This document shows positions 38,681-50,718 of a DNA stretch of 64,000 nucleotides, one piece after another (position 1 is the stretch's first letter; each line of letters opens with the position of its first letter). This DNA is from Antedon mediterranea (Eukaryota > Animalia > Echinodermata), in NCBI RefSeq assembly GCF_964355755.1, contig NC_092674.1:14942001-15006000 (forward strand), written 5' to 3'. A program made the translations under genes and the position numbers. The notes beneath the pieces are model-generated. The model was not told where the DNA came from. It worked only from the letters and a program-made list of their open reading frames with translations, and did no database searches.

Positions 38681-41600
38681 ATGGCTGATAAGCCAGCGCG
38701 AACTATTTTAAACTTCTTCAAACCATCAAATCCAGCTAAACGTGCTAAACAAGGTAGGGCTAATTTCATCAGCTAAACGTGCTAAACAAGGTAGGGCTAA
38801 TTTCATCAGCTAAACGTGCTAAACAAGGTAGGGCTAATTTCATCAGCTAAACGTGCTAAACAAGGTAGGGCTAATTTCATCAGCTAAACGTGCTAAACAA
38901 GGTAGGGCTAATTTCATCAGCTAAACGTGCTAAACAAGGTAGGGCTAATTTCATCAGCTAAACGTGCTAAACAAGGTAGGGCTAATTTCATCAGCTAAAC
39001 GTGCTAAACAAGGTAGGGCTAATTTCATCAGCTAAACGTGCTAAACAAGGTAGGGCTAATTTCATCAGCTAAACGTGCTAAACAAGGTAGGGCTAATTTC
39101 ATCAGCTAAACGTGCTAAACAAGGTAGGGCTAATTTCATCAGTTAAACGTGCTAAACAAGGTAGGGCTAATTTCATCAGCTAAACGTGCTAAACAAGGTA
39201 GGGCTAATTTCATCAGCTAAACGTGCTAAACAAGGTAGGGCTAATTTCATCAGCTAAACGTGCTAAACAAGGTAGGGCTAATTTCATCAGCTAAACGTGC
39301 TAAACAAGGTAGGGCTAATTTCATCAGCTAAACGTGCTAAACAAGGTAGGGCTAATTTCATCAGCATAACGTGCTAAACAAGGTAGGGCTAATTTCATCA
39401 GCTAAACGTGCTAAACAAGGTAGGGCTAATTTCATCAGCTAAACGTGCTAAACAAGGTAGGGCTAATTTCATCAGCTAAACGTGCTAAACAAGGTAGGGC
39501 TAATTTCATCAGCTAAACATGCTAAACAAGGTCTAGGGCTAATTTCATCAGCTAAACGTGCTAAACAAGGTCTAGGGCTAATTTCATCAGCTAAACGTGC
39601 TAAACAAGGTAGGGCTAATTTCATCAGCTAAACGTGCTAAACAAGGTAGGGCTAATTTCATCAGCTAAACGTGCTAAACAAGGTAGGGCTAATTTCATCA
39701 GCTAAACGTGCTAAACAAGGTAGGGCTAATTTCATCAGCTAAACGTGCTAAACAAGGTAGGGCTAATTTCATCAGCTAAACGTGCTAAACAAGATAGGGC
39801 TAATTTCATCAGCTAAACGTGCTAAACAAGGTAGGGCTAATTTCATCAGCTAAACGTGCTAAACAAGATAGGGCTAATTTCATCAGCTAAACGTGCTAAA
39901 CAAGGTAGGGCTAATTTCATCAGCTAAACGTGCTAAACAAGGTAGGGCTAATTTCATCAGCTAAACGTGCTAAACAAGGTAGGGCTAATTTCATCAGCTA
40001 AACGTGCTAAACAAGGTAGGGCTAATTTCATCAGCTAAACGTGCTAAACAAGATAGGGCTAATTTCATCAGCTAAACGTGCTAAACAAGGTAGGGCTAAT
40101 TTCATCAGCTAAACGTGCTAAACAAGGTAGGGCTAATTTCATCAGCTAAACGTGCTAAACAAGGTAGGGCTAATTTCATCAGCTAAACGTGCTAAACAAG
40201 GTAGGGCTAATTTCATCAGCTAAACGTGCTAAACAAGGTAGGGCTAATTTCATCAGCTAAACGTGCTAAACAAGGTAGGGCTAATTTCATCAGCTAAACG
40301 TGCTAAACAAGATAGGGCTAATTTCATCAGCTAAACGTGCTAAACAAGGTAGGGCTAATTTCATCAGCTAAACGTGCTAAACAAGATAGGGCTAATTTCA
40401 TCAGCTAAACGTGCTAAACAAGGTAGGGCTAATTTCATCAGCTAAACGTGCTAAACAAGGTAGGGCTAATTTCATCAGCTAAACGTGCTAAACAAGGTAG
40501 GGCTAATTTCATCAGCTAAACGTGCTAAACAAGGTAGGGCTAATTTCATCAGCTAAACGTGCTAAACAAGGTAGGGCTAATTTCATCAGCTAAACGTGCT
40601 AAACAAGATAGGGCTAATTTCATCAGCTAAACGTGCTAAACAAGGTAGGGCTAATTTCATCAGCTAAACGTGCTAAACAAGGTAGGGCTAATTTCATCAG
40701 CTAAACGTGCTAAACAAGGTAGGGCTAATTTCATCAGCTAAACGTGCTAAACAAGGTAGGGCTAATTTCATCAGCTAAACGTGCTAAACAAGGTAGGGCT
40801 AATTTCATCAGCTAAACGTGCTAAACAAGGTAGGGCTAATTTCATCAGCTAAACGTGCTAAACAAGGTAGGGCTAATTTCATCAGCTAAACGTGCTAAAC
40901 AAGATAGGGCTAATTTCATCAGCTAAACGTGCTAAACAAGGTAGGGCTAATTTCATCAGCTAAACGTGCTAAACAAGATAGGGCTAATTTCATCAGCTAA
41001 ACGTGCTAAACAAGGTAGGGCTAATTTCATCAGCTAAACGTGCTAAACAAGGTAGGGCTAATTTCATCAGCTAAACGTGCTAAACAAGGTAGGGCTAATT
41101 TCATCAGCTAAACGTGCTAAACAAGGTAGGGCTAATTTCATTTTTTAACAGAGTGTATACACCAGTAGGCATACACACTGGCTACTCCTGTCTAATAATT
41201 AGTTAATTCCTCCATAGTTAGATCAGGTATAACTCCACTGTTATATATGTTAGGAATAGGATATTTCACATCCTGCTGGAGTGCGCAAATATAACATACG
41301 TTTCTTTAGCTTGGTTTCCACTCGACTCTTTAAGAGATGTAAAATGTTGCATATCCTTGGTAAAATCACGTCCTGTAGTTAGATCTCTATTGGGAACCAA
41401 TCATTAGTTTGTGTAGGTTGTGTAGACGAACAAAAATAAATCGTATTTTATAACAAATTTTAATATTCTATACCACTGCAGGCTTTAATAATACAACAAC
41501 TGGCAATAATAATGTAAAATAAATGTCTATGTTTTGTACTTTTTAAGCTTGTGAGGAAAATGACACTAACAGCAGACAAAGCGATGATGATGTTGAAGAA

Positions 41601-44321
41601 GATGGGGAAACACCAATGGATGATGACATTCAAGAAATTAACACAATACTAGAAGACCCAGAAATCCAAAATGATGGGCCAGAAAGTGTTGAAAATAGTG
41701 ATGAAGATGAAACGAATGCAGATGATAACGACGATGAAGTACAATCCATGTTTCCTGGCAAGAAGATCCATCACTACAAAACTTGTACAAAACATGGGTG
41801 TACATCTTTGTCAAGACAGGAACAATTGTCTCAAAGTTCAAGAAAAGATAAGTAAGCTAATAATAACCATTATTTATTATTAATAATAAAACTATTAATG
41901 TTATATTTTTTTTTTCAAATATAGGTACCGTAATAAATATTAAAGTATTGACTGACAATGTTATTATTTAAAGATTTCAACATCGATGGATCTCAAGCAC
42001 AAGCCATTCGTACTGTGAAGAAACTCGGACCTGGTGGCTAATTTATGTTGAAGGCGTTGGTATGTTTTGTCTCATATGTAAAAATCATCATGGTCGAAAT
42101 GAACAAAACAAGAGAGAAACATTTTCAAGAACACCATCAACCCGTTACAAAAACTGTACTTGTATGGAACACATGGCAACCAAGAAGCACAAGGACTGTG
42201 TCGAGGCAGAACTTTTAAACCGAGTGTCCTGTTTTCAAAAGGACTTGGACAGAAAACACAAGGTAACTTATGTTGTTTCCCTGCCTTCCAGTTTTCTAAT
42301 GTATACCTTGATTAATGTCAGCGTTTTTATGCTTCTTTACATATGATGAAAAATAAATTTATTTTTTTTCAGGTTGAAGTCGATGTGTTACATAAGGCAT
42401 TCACTGCTCTTTATTTTCTAGCCAAGCAGTCCATTGCAAACTGCAAAGCTGAAGGTTTACTCCAGTTATTGGAAAAACTAGGTGTAGATGATATGAAGTA
42501 TTTTCAGCACAGATCTGCACACTCCATGAGAGAAATGCTGATTACTATTGGAAACACCATCACCAATCAGTTGTTGCAATTGGTTAAATCTTCAAATTAT
42601 TTTGGCTTGTTAATTGATGATATGACTGACATTTCCGTTCTTGAACAGATGGTAGTCTTCATTCAGTACTTCAACTACACTACCCACACAATTGAAACAA
42701 AGTTTTTGTCCATCAATAACTTGCTAGAGGATTCAACATCTGCAAATTCTGATACTTTATTTAAAGTTCTCATTGAACACCTTGATGAAAAGAAACTGCC
42801 CATTTCAAAATTGAGAGGTCTAGTTACTGATGGAGCTGCAGTGATGATCGGAAAACGAAATGGCCTGGCTTCAAAATTAAAGGAACTCAATCCCACTATT
42901 ATCAATGTTCACTGCATTTGTCATAGACTAGCCCTTGCATGTAATGATTCAAATGAAGCATTGAAGTACATTGACAATGTACAACTAATTGTCACTCAAT
43001 TATGGAAGATGTTTGAATATTCACCTAAAAAAATGGCAGCTTATCTGAAGTGCCAACAAGAAGTGAAGTCTCTCCAGTTGGGTGAAAATGCGAAGAAAAT
43101 AGTGACCAGGAAACTCAAAAAAGCATGCAAAACAAGGTGGCTGTCTTTTGATGCTTCAATCAAGTCAGTTTTTCAAGATATCATCCCCATTCTGCAAACA
43201 TTGAGGGAAATTCAGGCTGATCCAACAGCTTTAGGCTTGCTCAAGAAAATGGACAGTGCCAAATTTATTGGTGCTGTATACATTTTACATTTTGTTCTGC
43301 CAAAGTTGTCAGAACTGAGTCGAATTTTCTAGAAGGGAAGTATCAACTTCTCACAGTTGATGCCCAGTGTAAAACACATACAGGGTAGTTTGAAGAGATT
43401 GTCTGAGACTGCAGATCCCATAACCTGCCTCAGAGAAGACCTTTCTGACACGGGGAGACTTGCGCTGCTCAACCTGGAGTTGACTGTGGCAAATGAGGAA
43501 GCCTATAAAAAGCTTCTACAAAGTTACATCGCAGCTCTTATTGAGAACATAGACCAACGATTGGCAACATCGTTACCAATTCTATCAGCTTTTGCAGTAT
43601 TCAATCCAGTCATTCTCCCAGTAGTAAGAGCATCACAAGAATTCTATGACTACGGTGTGCCTGAAATCAAGGAAATTGCCAGCTATCTTTTTCCCCATGT
43701 AAGCTTTTATTTTTGTTTTTGACAATACAGTAATGTTGTGAATCCTTATCTTGATTAACATCTTGTTTAAAAAACATATAATTATTTTAAATTTTTGTTA
43801 TGTAGGATGAAGATGTCATCAAAGAGATGGCTGCAGAATGGCAGAAGCTAAAATACAACATGGATGACTGGAAGACTGTTGTACCACGACATTTGACCAG
43901 TCCAGCTGAAGTCACAGAATGGTGCATGCTAAGAATTTTGAAGCTGTGTACGTCAAACTTTTCCCCTAGAACAATTTCTCTAGTGGAGAGTATTTTATGT
44001 ATACCAGTATCAAATGCCTGGCCAGAGAGAGATGTGAGTAAAGTTAGACTGGTAAAGACAAGATTGAGGAGTCAACTAAAGAATGACATCCTGAATGCAC
44101 TACTCTCAATATCTATAAATGGACCAGCTCTCTATACACCAGACTGTGATAATTTCATTGCGGATTCTGTAAAGACCTGGTTACAAGTCAAGCAACGCAG
44201 AAAAGTACCTAAAAGGACAACTGTCCATGATCTTGTTGGTGATGAACCGAAACAACTAGAGAAAGCAATCCAAACTCTGAATCTATCTTCAGATGATAGC
44301 AGTGATGTTGACGATGATTAA
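38681..44321 (+). pseudogene. hAT transposase (ZNF862/C17orf113-like), 5 exons, one in-frame stop
   Basis: Exons 38681-38753, 41548-41851, 41974-42262, 42373-43698, 43806-44321 join in phase; zinc finger MFCLICK...H...H; LLIDDMTD, TDGAAVMIG, HCICHRLALA, TRWLS, PVSNAWPERDVS; TAG at 43330. Confidence 0.9.
38733..41141. repeat. 37-bp satellite, ~65 copies
   Basis: Unit CAGCTAAACGTGCTAAACAAGGTAGGGCTAATTTCAT; almost invariant; 2409 bp / 37. Confidence 0.99.
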
Positions 44322-44744
44322 TATGATTGAGCTATTAAGCCTGCTGAGGTTACACTTTGAAAGGAATGTTAAGATAAGAAGAGGATGTAATGTTAATGTA
44401 AATACTGTATTATAAGAAATGAATGAGCTTACTGCCTGTTGAGGTTTTATTTGAAAGGTTTTTAATAAGAGAAGAAAGTTTTTTTTTATGTTTAATTTAA
44501 CTTCTTGTTTTTAACAATTGGTGATTATCTTTTAATAAACACATTTCTACAACCATAATATCATGAACTATCATTTATATGTTGTTGGCTATTGTTTTGT
44601 AATTAGTATTTTTAAACACAAATATGCAGGTTTTTTTCTCTCAAATATTTAATATACATAAATGCAATAAAAATAAATATATTTATTTCAAATTAAGCAT
44701 ATATTTATGTGTCTGTAAACTAGTTAAAATGGCCTATATAGCTC

Positions 44745-44900
44745 TAGAAAGCCAGAGCCCCGACCTGGGGCCCTTGGCGGCCCCCTGGCCCCCAGCTAAT
44801 GGTTTTTCGCTTCGCTCAAAAAGTAAATCGTTTATGAGTTCAAAATTCTCCTGTTACTTTTCTTTTTCTCCTCTTACTTAAAACCTTAATGCAACCCCTG
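44745..44900 (+). mobile_element. Right subterminal region and terminus of the hAT element
   Basis: GC-rich GGCCCCCTGGCCCCCAGC and CGCTTCGCTC subterminal motifs ending GCAACCCCTG (hAT-type CAGGG terminus); matching left TIR not found. Confidence 0.6.
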
Positions 44901-45510
44901 TATGCCCACACCATCGAAAAAAACACCAGAGTGTATAAGCATGGACCTATTAGTATTAAGTTATATATATATTAATTATATTGCATATCTATCGAAGGGC
45001 AAATTACCAAAAAAATCACAATGCTGTGGGTGGTATCAGTGGCTGGATCTCAATGGAGATTTTTAAAAAACTGAAAAAATGTTGTTTTTGCTGGTTACGC
45101 CTCGCTGCACAGCATTGTTTGTCATCGAATATCTTCTATATCTCGTGAAAACGGGACATATATGTAGCATTTAGGCCTGAGGTAATAATACATTTTGCAT
45201 CACCACGTCAGAAGAAAATCAATCAACTGTGGCGGCTGCGGTCGAACTTTTGCGATAGCGAGTGTGATAGCAATTTCGTAAGGATATGAAACCCATAATA
45301 AATAATTGACACGGAAAAACTTGTATCACCCCCAAGGTGTACGTTCTTCTACAAGTTTTGTAGAGGATTGGGTGGGGGTAATTTATAGTTGTTAATTTGT
45401 ATTCATTCATTTTTTATATACTGTATTCAGGGAGTTGAAAACTCCCTGGTTTGTGTGTGTGCCGCGCGCGGTGATCCTGTTTTTAGTGCAACAATTTTAT
45501 TTGTTGTACA

Positions 45511-46473
45511 GTTGTTTGGGATGGGACGCTCATTACACGGACCAGGCTACTTTAGCGTAGACTCGGTCATCAATGTCCGTCTACTTGATAATATAAACGA
45601 CGAGCCCGTGGTTGAAATTAAAAGACCTTGAAGAAAATGTACAACAGAACTATTAATCGCAAAAGGGTTAGGCCTAAGCCAGATATACCATGGAGTTCAA
45701 ATATCCCCCGCCATTCCTCTTGATGGCGATTTTTAAATTGAATGGAAGCGCATCGAAAATCAATAAAAGATCTTTCTCGGAAGATTCATTGTGGAGGAAA
45801 ATCTGACTTGCTGCATGCGTTTGCATGATAGGTTGAAATCAACAGTGCCGATAAAAATAAAATAATTAACAAATTCTTATCAGATAGATCTACGTAAACG
45901 TGTGAAGTAGGACTAAAGAGGTCTTATTTACAGTATATCAGTAGGCCTAATATATATTCGTATAAAATATCCTAATTTCCACAACTCAGCATTATGTCCA
46001 TAATCATATCAATAGTAAGAATCTGTTATAGGCCTATGCGTAATTTTTTTAAATAATAATAATTTTTCATTATCATACATTAAATTCAATTATACCATAC
46101 ACAATTCAGTGATTATATTTGACAGTTATTTTCTCATTTTCCCAATTGTCTTTTCTCTTACAGGTAATAACGTGATACGTGCTTCATGATTGATGGTAAA
46201 ATTAATTTATACCTGTAATAATAGATTATGGCAAGGCGTTTCGGACCGGACAGAGTACTCCTTTAAATTTGTCATCGGAGGAGAAGATTAGGTGGAAGAA
46301 ATGCAGTAATTTCTGGTGTCGAGGCACCATGGGAGCACAGCGATATTTACGCGTTTGGATACATGTGCAGCCGCATATTTACCAAAACGAACAACATAAG
46401 AATACGGGAAACTGGTGAGATATGCATGCGGCCGTCACCTGCAGAGCTAGCTTGGCCACCACCTTTTATGTAA
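45511..46473 (+). pseudogene. Protein kinase pseudogene (two exons)
   Basis: Exon A: VVEIKR...TELLIAK...YHGVQ...W..I...YQIDLR (degenerate catalytic loop); intron ~45896-46163; exon B: NNVI...FIPVIIDYGKAF (DFG equivalent)...VISG...SDIYAFG...ICMRPSP; APE segment deleted, stops and frameshifts. Confidence 0.72.
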
Positions 46474-47159
46474 TAACGTTAGATCATGAATAATTAGAAG
46501 TCATACGTTTTTCAGAATGGATTTTTAAAAAAGGGGAGCAATAAATTGTAGCTTTGTTTTCTTTTATTTATTATTAGTTATGTATATATTTTTTTATTTT
46601 TCGTATTCGTATTTAATGTTATATTTCGGGATGGGTCAAACTTACTGACTGACTTATTATGACTCTCTCCCCACATGATTACTTCATTGCATTTATTATC
46701 CTGTATGTATGTTATTATTTTGTGGAAATAAAATAAAATTGAAATTGAAATTATATTTATTTGCAATTATCACATATTTTTTTCTATTTTACATTGTATA
46801 AAATTGTTATAAAACGATGACAACATTAAAATACAATGACAGGAAAAACAGTGGCAGGATACAAAAACAGTTTCTGGGTAGTCTGTGTAGACTATAAAAG
46901 ACAAATAATTATATTTAATCCCTGGGATGATGAACTATGACAAACCAATCGTCGCAGATAGTGTAGTTTTTTTTTTTTTTAAAGCGCGTACATTACAACA
47001 GAACATTTAGTACACTGTTAAATTATAATAAGCAGGCATTTATTAAGTTGGGAAGAAAATCTCCCTGATCCATTTTATTTTGAGTTATATCAATTCTGGT
47101 TCATTATTGTATTCAAATATAGGAGACCGCGTAGATGAAGATTTCTTAAAGTGTAGAAA

Positions 47160-48442
47160 GTGAAGGTTGTGCTGATGCTCTCTTGGTGCGACCTTGTGCA
47201 AGATTCACTAGCTAATAAAGTTTTGTATGATGGATGTAAGATATCCGATCTAGACAGCGTAGCTCTCTTAATGGCATTTTACATTGAACATAAAGCAACC
47301 AAACGCATGATTGAAGACCTGCTTTATATCATAAGGAAGCATATGCCCGAAAAAGTTACACCTCCCAACCATTTGAAGTCGTCGTACTACTTAAAAAAGG
47401 TTTTTTTGAATGAGAAATCCAAAAAGGAGATCAAGCACAACATATGCGGATTCTGCAGTAGATTACTGTCTGTCGAAGATAAGGATGTGTGCACAAACTG
47501 TACTCGCCCCATCAAAGAGAATCATCAGTTTTTCATAACGATTGATGTGGCAAGTCAGTTGAATGAAATGTTTAAAGGTATGCCTACGTATATTCTTCAA
47601 AAAATTACTGTAACTGTAAATTAATTTTGTTTTTTAATTTATTAGGTACATTTCGATTTGATTGCACTTGTAAAGTGACTAAATATTTATTTAAAATAAC
47701 CAAAAACTAAAATTGCCAGTAAATCATCGCGAAATCATTCTCCGCTGTTTTGGTAAACTTTTCAGTGTGGTATGACGTCATACGTTTAGATAGAAGATAG
47801 AACAAACACACATTTCACTAAACAAATTGTAACATCTTTAACATTAATTACTGTACTGAAATTTGTTGTTACAGATCCAAGTTTCAGGGCTAACCTGAGA
47901 TACAAAAAAACGAGGAAGCAACCAGATGTCGGCGTCATCAGTGACATTTACGACGGACAATTCTACAAACAAAACTCAGTTAATGGTGGATTTTTAGACA
48001 ACGAAGTGTTGTATGGCACACTGATGGGGCTCAAGTGAGCAAAAGCTCACATGTCTCCATTTGGCCAGTACATGCTGTGATAAATGAGCTGCCGCCGAGA
48101 ATGAGGTACAATCATTATTATTGCCACTTGTTTATTACATCGATTCATGTATATACTCAAAAATTGATGTACTAGATGAAATTGATCTAAAGATAATTGG
48201 CGGACAAAATATTGCTAAGAAAAAAATAATATATATTATTATTATATTGCATGCTAATATATAACATATTAATGACGATAGACTTTGGTGGGATGTGCGC
48301 TTAACAAATCTTATCATTTTTTATGACAGGTTTACGAAGGAAAGAACACTTCTCTTTGGTTTGTGGTTTGGGAAGGATAAACCAGTATTGACAACCTTTC
48401 TAAAAGCAATAATTGACATGTGGAATAACCTCCAAGGAAATG
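47160..48442 (+). pseudogene. CMC/EnSpm transposase, copy 2, first 3 exons
   Basis: Exons ~47160-47577, 47875-48105, 48330-48442; CGFC...CTNC, IDVASQL, SDIYDGQFY, WHTDGAQV...IWPV...INELP, GLWFGKDKP; same intron positions as copy 1. Confidence 0.9.
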
Positions 48443-48469
48443 GTTAGTCATTAAGTTATTTCTTTCTAT

Positions 48470-50106
48470 TTAGGCTGTCGCTCTCTGTAGAGCGATAGCC
48501 TATTGTAATTGTCAAAAATGTTATTTTTTTTGCTCATTTTTTGTGCACAGCAGATCTCTGAATCGGCAAAAGCTGTTCAGCTGTTACTCGGCCAGTAGGT
48601 GCACGTATTCTACAGTATTACTAAAATAATTCCTCTTTAGACATTTATTTCATTGATAAGTTAATTATGCGTATTTGAAATGTACCTCGGACGCATGCGC
48701 CCATCCTACAGACTGAAAAAAAAATATATATATAATTTAGCTAATAAGTTAATCAAACTTTTGACTGTAAATAACTGAATCTATAAAATACTAATTTACA
48801 ACCTAAGAAACTATTCCATAAAATAATTAGTATTACTTTCACGATATTTCCTTATTAACAAAGTAGTAAAACTTTGTACTGTTGTTAAATTAAATTAGTA
48901 TGTTGTTATACAGATAAGGCGTCATCTCCACTAAATATCGGACGAAGTGTATCGCGTCTAAAAATAGCAGTTCGTCTGCACGCGACCGTAATTTAATTTA
49001 TCTCATTAAATTCTAATTTACATATTCATGAGGATTCCAGTTGTAGCCCCGCCCTTCAATACCGATGCAGAAACTTGCGACCGGTCGCGTCTGTACGCGT
49101 TGAACGATTTATCGAACTCTGGTGCGTCCGCTTGCGACTGTTGTGTGTTGTGTGATGTCACCGGGTGGGTAGCCAGGCAGTCGCGAAACTAGGCTACTTC
49201 GATCGTCCGTTCGGGGAACGCGAGGTGTCCCTTTGTACAAATGGTTCAACACTGGGCCCGGCTCCTTGCGGTTTACGCGTGATATATCATGTTCCATCCA
49301 GGGACCAAAATGCGTAGTTACTTTCCAGGCGAAGTTTACCGACGCGTACCTCGTGTACTTTGTATGTACGCTACACAGCAAAAGAGTACACACATTTACG
49401 ATTAACCCTCTCTGTACAGTGGGGTACACCTACAATAAATGTTGTATTACAGGCCTACTGTATAGGCCTACACGGGGGCCTACATTTTGAACAATTGAAC
49501 CAGATCGCCAAATTCCTCAATAAAAAGTTATATTTAGAGACAAGTTAAATAATATTCTTCGGTTTGTGTCGGCTTTCTATAAAGACTGATTTGACCTTTT
49601 GATCACGCACCATCGTGTATAAAACAAAAACAATTATTTACTGTACAGTAGTAATAATAACATGGCTATAAACTTCGATTTACTTCGTCCGGTCGCGATA
49701 GTATGCGTGTACTCTTTAGAATTATGTGATAATAGATTCGGTAACACGCTGCGTCTGCTCCCGACTACCTTCGCCGGTTTGCGACCTGTTTGTGTACGGC
49801 GTATCAAAAATGTCATATTTTTGTATGATGCCTTTTCTGTTTTTTTTTGCCATTCGCCTTTATAAAACAAACATCCATTAACATTATTAAAAAATAGTAA
49901 ACCTTTATTTTGTTAACGCATGGAATATTCTTTACTCCATGGTTAACGTATGGCGGATAAATGACACATAAGCGTTTTATTAATTTTGTAGTGTGGGATA
50001 GCAATTCTAATTACAGTATTAACCTTTTGTATTATAATCCTTTTGTATTTCGACACTGTTTATATGAAGCAATTTGACACAGGCTGTTAAATTGTTAATT
50101 TCAGAA
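48470..50106 (+). mobile_element. Helentron/DINE-1-like non-autonomous element
   Basis: Starts in a T-run with hairpin TAGGCTGTCGCTCT-ctgt-AGAGCGATAGCCTA; internal modules recur at 62075-62392 and ~63120/63965-64000; sits where the EnSpm transposase breaks off. Confidence 0.5.
49993..50106. repeat. ~110-bp direct repeat, copy 1 (copy 2 at 55326-55433)
   Basis: GTGGGATAG.AATTCTAATTA...TTAACCTTTTGTATTATAATCCTTTTGTATTTCGACACTG...TTCAGAA in both places. Confidence 0.95.
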
Positions 50107-50253
50107 TTTTGACGACCTAAAGAGCCAAAAATGGTAGTCATACACACATTTCCCTGTAAATGATAAATAAAAGGTTGAGAACATTTTGCCATTTTCTTTA
50201 CTAAAATGGATATCATAATTATAATGCTTTCTCTAGCTTGACAGTTGTCATTG

Positions 50254-50294
50254 GTGAAAACCATAGAAATATTATAATATCTATATGGTGAAAC
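50254..50294. mobile_element. 26-bp palindromic insert with ~7-bp TSD (putative P-type excision footprint)
   Basis: GTGAAAAC | CATAGAAATATTATAATATCTATATG | GTGAAAC. Confidence 0.55.
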
Positions 50295-50718
50295 GTTGGC
50301 TGTAATTTACAACTAGTGCATTCAAACCATAACAATAACTAAACTATACGTCCCCTATAACATACGATTTCATTCGACATTTGTTTTTTATTTTTGTGTC
50401 TTAGTTCTGAGTGTGATTAGGCTAATTGCACCAAAACCTTGTGAATGCGAGTTTGGTGTATATCCAGCTTTTCACAGTTCAAATCCCCTCAAAGTCCTGC
50501 TGAGGAATTTTTTTCCTTACTTAGGTACTTAGGTAAAACAACGGTGGTCAAACTATGGTAAAATTACTTTTAAGATTTATTTAATATAATTTATTGTAAC
50601 GCTCACAATCGAAAAAGCACTGAAAAGTCGGAAGAGTCCACTTTAGGCTACATTGTTACAGATACAGTTCCGGTCTCATTGAATTTATTTGTAGCATATC
50701 TTTCTTGTCGTCAGCATT

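Noticed and set aside
38733-41141. 37-bp repeats as a CRISPR array
   Set aside because: Units are head-to-tail with no unique spacers, no cas genes, and the context is eukaryotic
43330-43332. Programmed read-through or recoding at the single in-frame stops (hAT TAG 43330; Zator-like TGA 53553)
   Set aside because: Single substitutions in decaying elements explain them, and no recoding signal is evident
38681-44321. Domesticated host gene (ZNF862-like)
   Set aside because: In-frame stop, altered C-terminal motif and a retained hAT-type right terminus indicate a dead transposon
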